Positions 35,780-43,400 of a DNA stretch of 64,000 nucleotides are shown here, in pieces. Both the position numbers and the translations under genes were made by a program. The notes beneath the pieces were generated by a model that had not been told where the DNA came from, ran no database searches, and saw only the letters and a program-made list of their open reading frames with translations. Position 1 is the stretch's first letter. Each line of letters begins with the position of its first letter. The stretch is taken from positions 8,565 through 72,564 of the forward strand of contig CALKWO010000414.1 of assembly GCA_938003875.1 (NCBI GenBank). Reading direction: 5' to 3'. Source of the stretch: an uncultured bacterium (GTDB lineage Bacteria; Planctomycetota; Uabimicrobiia; Uabimicrobiales; JABWCH01).

Positions 35780-37309
35780 TTACTCAGAAAGTGTAATTCC
35801 AACTTCCTGGAAGGCTTTGATGACAGCTTTAGTATCATAGCCTAATTCTTTGGTAGCATCGAGAGTAGCTTTTGCACCAGATTCGTAATTTGTACTGCTT
35901 GTCCATTTAAAACGATTGCAACGGACGAAAACGTCGAATGCTTTTTTAGTATCCCATTTGCTGGCACTTGCCATTAGATAGAATACTTTGTTGTAAATAC
36001 CGCTTGTGTAGTGAACGTCCATGCCACTTGTATAATTGCTGACATGCCCGATAGACTTGCCATCCAAAGGAGGATTGTACATATAGCGGAGTGCTTTTCC
36101 TTGTGTTTTGAAAATAGTAGCACCCACTTCAAAGTCATTCTTTCCTGTCAGGAAATACTCTGCTGCTTCACCTGCAATATCAGAGAAAGATTCGTTCATA
36201 CCACCTGATTGTGCGCTATAAGCTAAATTGGAATTTTCTCTTGTAAAGCCGTGAGCAACTTCATGGCTGACAACATCCAGAGAAACTAAAGGATAGAAAC
36301 GATCTTTTCCATCGCCAAAAGCCATGTAGCCACCAAAGCTAGAATAGAAAGCGTTTTCATAGCTGGTGCTATAGTGAACTTTCAAGATAAGCTGGCTTTT
36401 GAGAGGAGGAACATTATACCAATCTGTATACATGTTGAAGACAGCCATACCAAAAGCCTGGGCATCGTTCAGAGGGCAGAAAGCTCCATTGATGGATTTG
36501 TAGGTATTTTCCAGACCATCGAAAGTATAAGGACTGGAGCCAGAACTTCCATGATTGAGATTGACTACCATGACTTTAGAAGGTACATTCATGGTGGATT
36601 TATTACTTGTATAGTTTACTTCAAAACCAGGGTAAGTTATACCGAAAATGTATTTTCCTGTCTTTTCGTTTCCACCAGGACCATTGGCTTTTACGATTTC
36701 AGTTTTCAGATTTTCATAATTAGCTACAATTTCCTGGGTCTGAGCATCCAGAATATACATAGGTTCTGTAGGCTTTCCACCATTGGTAACATCTGCAAAG
36801 AAGGTGACTTCGTAGCAAAGACGAGCTCTACTGTTGTCATCGACGTGAACAACCAGTCGGCTGTTTTCATGCTCGTAAATCCATCCAGATTGCTTTTTTT
36901 CATGATGTTTTTTGGCGATTGCCAATGCTTTTTTGGAATCGTATTCTGGCCTTGTAGAAAGAATATCGCGTCCGATTCCGCAAATTGCTTCTCCATACAT
37001 AACCTGGATACGTCCCTGGCCTTCGCTCACAACAAGAGAATATCCCACAACAGGAATGCCTTCATAGAGCATTTCATAGCGAGAATGAGTGAAGTTCAGG
37101 TTATCTTTCTCCTGGCTGATAAGATTCAAAGTAGTTTTAGAATCAAAACCCAGGGCTGCGCAAAGTGCTGCTTCATTGCTGCTGACTCTGATTTCACGCA
37201 CTTTATTCATAACATCGACTGCCTGGCGCAAATCTACTTTTTCTACTGCACTTGCCAGAGAAGCAAATACAACGGACAATACAAAAAACATCATCCAAAG
37301 CTTACGCAT
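35780..37309 (-). CDS. Secreted M4 (thermolysin-like) zinc metalloprotease
   Basis: ATG 37309 preceded by GGAGG. Signal peptide MRKLWMMFFVLSVVFASLASA. HEVAHGF (HExxH) plus GGMNESFSDIAGE (third zinc ligand Glu). Confidence 0.9.
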   Translation of the reverse strand: MRKLWMMFFVLSVVFASLASAVEKVDLRQAVDVMNKVREIRVSSNEAALCAALGFDSKTTLNLISQEKDNLNFTHSRYEMLYEGIPVVGYSLVVSEGQGRIQVMYGEAICGIGRDILSTRPEYDSKKALAIAKKHHEKKQSGWIYEHENSRLVVHVDDNSRARLCYEVTFFADVTNGGKPTEPMYILDAQTQEIVANYENLKTEIVKANGPGGNEKTGKYIFGITYPGFEVNYTSNKSTMNVPSKVMVVNLNHGSSGSSPYTFDGLENTYKSINGAFCPLNDAQAFGMAVFNMYTDWYNVPPLKSQLILKVHYSTSYENAFYSSFGGYMAFGDGKDRFYPLVSLDVVSHEVAHGFTRENSNLAYSAQSGGMNESFSDIAGEAAEYFLTGKNDFEVGATIFKTQGKALRYMYNPPLDGKSIGHVSNYTSGMDVHYTSGIYNKVFYLMASASKWDTKKAFDVFVRCNRFKWTSSTNYESGAKATLDATKELGYDTKAVIKAFQEVGITLSE

Positions 37310-37504
37310 TCTTTGACCTCCAAATAATTTTAAAAAAACATTGAACGTAATGAATTTCACTACAAAAATTTTAAAATAAATAGTATAATTTGCAAACAAA
37401 TTTTTTAGAAAATTCAAATTATCACAGTGATTTTTTATTTTTTCTATAAAACAAACTTCTGCCTTTCTCCGTGGAATTGCATACAAAAATCACCTGGAGG
37501 GGTT

Positions 37505-38635
37505 ATGAAATTTCTTTTTTGCCTTTATTTTATTGTATTCTTGTCGATACAGGCACAAGATAATAAAACAAATCTGGATAGTGCAACGAAGGAATACTAT
37601 CTACAATTTATTATTTTTTCAGAGCTGGCATCTGGCGAATATAGCCTGGAGCTTGCCTATGATTTTTTTGTTGAAAAAATACAGCCAATAGAATTATTTT
37701 TTCAAAAATTTGGCATAAAAAACCTTACAGAGAAGGAAATAGAGGAAATCAGGATCTCCCATAAACATAAAGCCATGTATTGTTTTTTTTATCCGTTATG
37801 GCTTTATGAGAAACGAGAACTTCTGTCTGATGCCTTGGATAAAAAAAAGCAGCAAGATCTGGCAAATCAAATAGCCAAAAAGGAAGCAGAGCTTTCGACT
37901 GTAATAGATCAGAAAATACAATTAGAAGACAAGCAAAAGATTATGAGGAAAGACTATGAAAATCTTGAGGCAGAGTATAGTGAATGGGATAGTAAAATCA
38001 GACAAGGGGAAAAAAAGCTGGCAAATTGTAAAATAGAAAAAGAAAAGTATGCTCTTTTGATAGTGGAAAAAAAATCGAAATGGAGCTTCTGCCAGGCTAA
38101 AGTCGAAGAAATGAGAATCCGAATCGCCAATCTGTATCGTCTTTGGATCGCAGAAAAAGATCCTGTAAAAAAAGAAAAGCTACATCGCCAGTTAAGGCTA
38201 GCGGAAAGTGAGAAAAATGATTATACAAATAGAATATCTCATCTGGAAAGAGATATACGCGATGCTCAAGAAAATCTCAGGACAATAGAAAACCAATTAG
38301 CAACCCTTCCTTCCAGTATACAGGAATGGAAACTGGCAATCTCTTCTATAAAAGAACGCATGGATCATGCAAATAAAGAGATAGAAAAAACAAAAAAGCT
38401 CATGGATAATGTTGATGCCTCCATAAAGCCTTTACAAGATCTTTTTGAGGAAAAACAGAAAAGAGATGCGATTCTAAAAGAATTCACTGCATGGTGGCAA
38501 AAAGCAAATAAAAAACCACGCAGAAATTTTTTACAAGCCCTATATGTCTTAAAAAATTTCCCCAAAGAATACTACTCTGTGAAAATAAAAGAATCATACG
38601 CACTGGAAGGAATCGCAGCAGTATATTTCTGGTAG
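37505..38635 (+). CDS. Secreted coiled-coil protein, unknown function
   Basis: ATG 37505 preceded by GGAGG. Signal peptide MKFLFCLYFIVFLSIQAQ. Long heptad-rich K/E region. Confidence 0.65.
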   Translation: MKFLFCLYFIVFLSIQAQDNKTNLDSATKEYYLQFIIFSELASGEYSLELAYDFFVEKIQPIELFFQKFGIKNLTEKEIEEIRISHKHKAMYCFFYPLWLYEKRELLSDALDKKKQQDLANQIAKKEAELSTVIDQKIQLEDKQKIMRKDYENLEAEYSEWDSKIRQGEKKLANCKIEKEKYALLIVEKKSKWSFCQAKVEEMRIRIANLYRLWIAEKDPVKKEKLHRQLRLAESEKNDYTNRISHLERDIRDAQENLRTIENQLATLPSSIQEWKLAISSIKERMDHANKEIEKTKKLMDNVDASIKPLQDLFEEKQKRDAILKEFTAWWQKANKKPRRNFLQALYVLKNFPKEYYSVKIKESYALEGIAAVYFW

Positions 38636-38660
38636 GCAATAGTGTCTATATTTTTCATTT

Positions 38661-39086
38661 TTATTCTTTCCAGTTTTCCAAAAGTAATGGATAGCCTAGC
38701 TCTTGGATTCTTTCATAATGCTTTGTATTTCCTGTAACTAAAGCCAATTGATTTTCTATTGCAATGCTTGCTATCATTGGGTCATTATTGCCTATTGGTT
38801 TTCCTATTTTTTCTAATTCTCCATAAATTTTAGATGCTGTATGTATGCTTTCAATTTCAATATCTAAAATTTCCCATTCTTTTTCTTTAACTTTTAAAAG
38901 AAATCTTTGAGCTTGATTGATTAAATTTTTTTTGTAGAATCCCTTGAGTATTTCTAATACTGTAAATATTGATATTGTATATATTTCTTTTTCTGTATAA
39001 TATTTTTCGGCCTTACGAATAACTTTTGTATTCTTGCCTTTTATTATCTCTGAAAAAATATCTGTATCAATCAAGGCTTTATTCAT
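38661..39086 (-). CDS. vapC: PIN-domain toxin VapC
   Basis: MNKALIDTDIFSE..., conserved acidic residues, and C-terminal NDPMIASIAIENQLALVTGNTKHY. It overlaps the upstream small gene by 8 nt. Confidence 0.85.
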   Translation of the reverse strand: MNKALIDTDIFSEIIKGKNTKVIRKAEKYYTEKEIYTISIFTVLEILKGFYKKNLINQAQRFLLKVKEKEWEILDIEIESIHTASKIYGELEKIGKPIGNNDPMIASIAIENQLALVTGNTKHYERIQELGYPLLLENWKE

Positions 39087-39306
39087 TTATATAATATCCT
39101 CTATCTTTCATAACATCTTTTAAAATGTCGTCAATTATTTCTGGACAATCAGAAAATAGACCTATAGTTTTATTTTCTTTCTTTTCTTTTTTTTCACAAG
39201 AAAATGATTTTGCTATATTTAAAAATTCTTCTAGCCTTTCATTTGGTATTTTCTCTAATTGTTTATATAGTTCTTTTTGTAAATTTTTCATAGTGTAGCC
39301 TTTCAT
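39079..39306 (-). CDS. Putative antitoxin partner of VapC
   Basis: 75-aa ORF overlapping vapC by 8 nt. I recognise no family. An alternative start is ATG 39291. Confidence 0.6.
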   Translation of the reverse strand: MKGYTMKNLQKELYKQLEKIPNERLEEFLNIAKSFSCEKKEKKENKTIGLFSDCPEIIDDILKDVMKDRGYYINE

Positions 39307-39307
39307 A

Positions 39308-39396
39308 TCAATAAAGAAAAAAAGTCCTAAAAACGCTAAGAAATTTTATTCTTATAAAAAATTGAAGTAGTGTCAATATAATTTTTCTAATTTTTT
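39308..39396 (-). repeat. ~90-bp duplicated promoter/leader segment, copy a
   Basis: Near-identical to 40252-40341, with about five differences. On the minus strand it contains TTGACA (39376-39371) and TAAGAAT. Confidence 0.85.
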
Positions 39397-39499
39397 ACGA
39401 CTTGTGCCGTTGTATGCAACACCTACGGGGGAAAGAAGTCATTATTCCAAAATAGGTTATATCAATATATCAATAGTTTTTCCAACTAGCACAAGTCGT
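39397..39499. mobile_element. 103-bp MITE-like insertion with 11-bp terminal inverted repeats and an 8-bp target-site duplication
   Basis: IR-L ACGACTTGTGC (39397-39407), IR-R GCACAAGTCGT (39489-39499). AATTTTTT lies on both sides (39389-39396 and 39500-39507). The paralogous uninterrupted site TCTAATTTTTTCTGTGGTCA is at 40331-40350. Confidence 0.75.
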
Positions 39500-39517
39500 A
39501 ATTTTTTCTGTGGTCAT

Positions 39518-39566
39518 TAGGGCAGAGTTGCGCCGAAAGACCAGCGCAATTTCTGTGTTTTTAATC
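39518..39566 (+). repeat. REP/MITE-like element, internally deleted copy
   Basis: TAGGGCAGAGTTGCGCCGAAAGACCAGCGCAATTTCTGTG lies directly downstream of the stop at 39572-39574. Confidence 0.7.
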
Positions 39567-39571
39567 CATTT

Positions 39572-40240
39572 CTATCTTTTTCTAATATTCCAAAGTATGG
39601 CAATAGCCATTCCCAAAAGAATCATACTGGCTGGTTCAGGGACTATATCTTGTGAAATAGTAAAAACTTCTAGTTCCCCAACGCTCCAGGAACTGTATGA
39701 TCCAGTAAAGCTGTTTTGATAGGATGTAGTACTATATTGGTTATAATCGCCATAAGTATGTCCAATATTGGCATAACCACCAGAAAGTGTGCTATTGATG
39801 TACAAATCATGACCACCACCCCAGGTAGGGCCATAGCTAGTATGGTTATATGTATAGTAGTCAAAACGAGAGTTAGCATATAGTGTAGAGCTTGTAAGAT
39901 TGAATAAGAAAGAGCCTGCTGCGCTATAATTATAGTTTGAATTGCTGAGCCAGCTCAAGGAATTATAGCCACCCACAATGCGAACGTCTGAACCATTGAT
40001 AATATGCATCAAGGTAAAAGTCCTGCCTTTGTTGTCCACTTTAGAATGAAAAGTAGAGGAGGAAGCCCCATCATTATTTTTAGAGAAAATCTTAGTCAAC
40101 GCCAGGTTGCTTTCCCCTAGCCAACTCTCTAATTGAAGAACATGAGATGTACTGATGATGCTAGACCCACCTATGATAGACGTAGCTTGTATGCCAAGAA
40201 CATACACAAATATTAAGGTAATAATCATAACATATTTCAT
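39572..40240 (-). CDS. TLDc-like domain protein with a PEP-CTERM anchor
   Basis: ATG 40240 (AGGA RBS). Signal peptide MKYVMIITLIFVYVLGIQA. The core FHSKVDNKGRTFTLMHIINGSDVRIVGGYNSLSW...GSFLFNL...YGPTWGGGHDLYI fits the TLDc pattern. C-terminus is VPEPASMILLGMAIAILWNIRKR. Confidence 0.6.
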   Translation of the reverse strand: MKYVMIITLIFVYVLGIQATSIIGGSSIISTSHVLQLESWLGESNLALTKIFSKNNDGASSSTFHSKVDNKGRTFTLMHIINGSDVRIVGGYNSLSWLSNSNYNYSAAGSFLFNLTSSTLYANSRFDYYTYNHTSYGPTWGGGHDLYINSTLSGGYANIGHTYGDYNQYSTTSYQNSFTGSYSSWSVGELEVFTISQDIVPEPASMILLGMAIAILWNIRKR

Positions 40241-40251
40241 GAGAATTCCTT

Positions 40252-40341
40252 TCAATAAAGAAAAAAAAATCCTAAAAACGCTAAGAAATTTTATTCTTAC
40301 AAAAAATTGAAGTGGTGTCAATCTAATTTTTCTAATTTTTT
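40252..40341 (-). repeat. ~90-bp duplicated promoter/leader segment, copy b
   Basis: Matches 39308-39396. On the minus strand TTGACA (40321-40316), 16-17 nt spacer, TAAGAAT (40299-40293). It lies just upstream of the TLDc/PEP-CTERM gene. Confidence 0.85.
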
Positions 40342-40353
40342 CTGTGGTCATTA

Positions 40354-40446
40354 GTTAGTCTCTATTGGTAAAAAACGCAGGGATTGCGCTGAAGGTCGTC
40401 TTTTTCGAATAGATCGTCATTTTCGGCGCAACCCTGCGGCTACAAA
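40354..40446 (-). repeat. REP/MITE-like element (copy 3)
   Basis: GTTAGTCTCTATTGGTAAAAAACGCAGGGATTGCGCTGAAGG...TTTTCGGCGCAACCCTGCGGCTACAA lies 34 nt downstream of the alpha-2-macroglobulin stop. Confidence 0.85.
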
Positions 40447-40479
40447 TCATTGCGATGCTGTGCAAAGTTTTTTACTTGT

Positions 40480-43400
40480 CTATTCCTCTATTTTCAAGGT
40501 ACTGGAGGATGTATTGCCTTGTATATTGGGGCTATACATACAGGAAACTTGGGTGGCAGGGAAAGAGAATGTGCCAGGGGAAATAGCTCTCAGGGGGAGA
40601 TAGAGGATGGAATTCCCTTCCCAGTTCATATCGAAGAAGAGGTATGCCCTGTCGTCGAGAATTTCTATGTGATCCAGGCTCAGGGTGCGAATACCAAAGC
40701 TTTTTGTTTTTTGGGACAGAGATTCTCTGAACCCTCTAAAATTGCGTTCCAACTGGTTTGTGTTTGCCAGTCTAGGGTTTTCTGCTTCCATGCCTGCTGG
40801 CAAGAGTTGTTCCAGTGCCAGATTTTTGTAGTGGCTTTTTCCCTGTATCTGGATGGCAAGAAATACAAGCTCCCCATGTTGGATGGTGTTTTCTTCCAAT
40901 GGGTTTCCTTCTTCATTCAGCAGGTATCGCTTCACTGTGATTCCTTGTTGTTTTTCTTGTACCATAGTGGATTGAGGGATTCCTCTGGACGTAAGGCGAT
41001 AGAAAAAGCCTTTGCCTGATGTTTCTATGTTTATGCTCGTTTCCTGATCGCAGGGAAAAAGGATTTTGGCATCGTTTTCTCCATCGAATTCTGCGAGCAA
41101 GGTGTTGTTGTGGTAGATTTTGCCAGAAAAGGCATTGTTTTCTTCATGAGAAAAATTCTGGAAGTATTTTCCCAGTGCCAGGAGTGCCCAGGAATTTTCC
41201 TGGGTATTGGCCCAACATCCCTGGGATGCTGATTCCATGAGACTGGCTACTATATTGCCTAAAGAAGGATGGTCTGGGGTATTTTCCAGGGCAACCAGAA
41301 GGGCAATAGCCTGGTTTCGTGCAGAGGAATTCAGGTTTCCGCCTGTTTCCTGTTCTTCTTGCTTTTGTGCCTTTGCTATCGGGAGGCTAGAGGCCAGAAC
41401 ACCTTTCCCCAATTTGGCAGCAGCAGCATACACAAACTGGGCTTCCAGGGAACTAAAGTCCCATTTTTTTTCTACGATATGAGCCATATCGGAATATGCG
41501 ATTTTTTCTGCACAGGCCAGAACATAGGCAGCATAAGCACGAACTTCATAGTCGAATCTGTCATCGCAATTCTGGGAAAGCTTTTTTCTGAGCCATGCCA
41601 GCAAATCTTTCATGCAATGATCGGGAACCTCATAGCCTTTTTTAGACGCTTCCACTAAAAAATGCCCTGCATATACGCTGCCCCAGGGATAGGAATAATC
41701 ATATCCAGGCCACATGGAGAAGCATCCTTCCGATGTTTGCATGAGCATGAGCCTGTGAATCGCTGCGCTGATATAGTAAGGGATATCCTGTTTGTTTTGC
41801 AATTTCTGATTCCTGGCAGGAAGCAAAGAAAGAATGTCTTGCAGATACAAAAGAGGGAAGGCTCTGGAGGTCGTTTGCTCCAGACATCCATAAGGATAGC
41901 CCAGCAGGTATTCCAGAGAAGAGCCAAAGGACAAAAGAGGCTTGCGAGAAACCGTCATGCTCACTTCTCCTGTTCCACTCATCCATTCTCCTTGTGTCTT
42001 TACAGAATGGACTCCCTGGGAAGCCATTGAGCCGATTTGTACATTTTCTACCAGGGAACGAGAAGGCCTTAGCATGAGGGAAATTGTCTTTTCCAGCTTT
42101 TCCTCTCCCAGACTGCCCTGGAAAGAAAGGTTGCCTTCCTGCGATTTTTCGTCGCAATGTACCCAGAAACGATAGATGGATTCTTTTGTATTTTCTATTT
42201 CTTGGGATATACGCTGCTCTCCTGTAAGGCGTAGTCCATGAGAAGCCGTAAGCGAAAGGATTCCCTGTTCTGTTTTTCCTGTCTGGTTACGCAGGGATGC
42301 CGTTACCAGGAAATCGTCGCCCCATGCTGCAAATCGGGGAGTAGAAACCTCCAGAAGAGCAGGGAGGGTAACGCTCAGGGAGGATTGTTTAGAGCTAAAA
42401 GCATCTTTGCAAAAAGCCACTGCCATAAAACGAATCTGACCAATATAATCTGGAATCGTCAGGAATGTTTTTACTTTTCCTTCTTCATCGCTTTTCAGGC
42501 CGCCAATCCAAATCGCCACGCTTTTGTTTTTCCCACTTAGAGGCTGTTTGGTTCTCCTGTTGGAAAGATACGCAGTATCACCGCCAGGAGGGGTTTCTGC
42601 CAGGATTTGTCTGTACATATCGGAAGAAACGACCTGCAATGCTTCTTTTCCATAAAAACAGGCAAAAGGATCGGGAGTTTTAAACTGGGTCAGGCTGCAA
42701 ATTCCTTCATCTACAGCAGCCAGAGTGATATAGGCATCGGAAAGTGGTTTCCCGTCCAGGGACAAAGAAAGAGAAACTTCAACGCGATCTTTGGGGCGTG
42801 CTTTTTCAGGCAGAGAAAGCTCCATTCCGATTTTTTTCTCTCCCAAATTCAAAGGCAAGGAACATATCCCATAAGCACGATACAAGGGGTCTTTAAGAGT
42901 GGATTTTACTACGGTCGCAGTGCAATACACATTGGGAATATATTCTTTTTCTATAGGGAAAGATACGCTGGCACTTCCATTCTGGACTTTTACGACTTGG
43001 GTGCTAAACACCTTTTCTCTTTCCAGGCAGACCAGGGCAATTCCATCTAAAGGGCTTACGATCTGGATAGTGGCTTTCTCGCCTATCTTGTATTCCTTTT
43101 TGTCTAAAGTGAGCAGCAGATATTCTTTTTCTACTTTTCTGCTCCCTGCTGCATTTCCCCAGGAAGAAAACTGCATTGTGGTAGAGGAACCACTTTGCTT
43201 GTCTGTCAAAGATAAAACATAGTCGCCATAGTCTTCTGGAGTAAAAGAATATTCTGCTGTTCCCTCAGGCAATTCCCTTTCTTCCCGATGGATTTCTGTG
43301 TTTTTCTGGATATAGCGATAGCCTCCATCTTCATCGTGGCTTTCCCTGCTCCAATACCAGTTTGTTTTATAGACTTTGACTTCCAGGGAAGAAAGATTTT

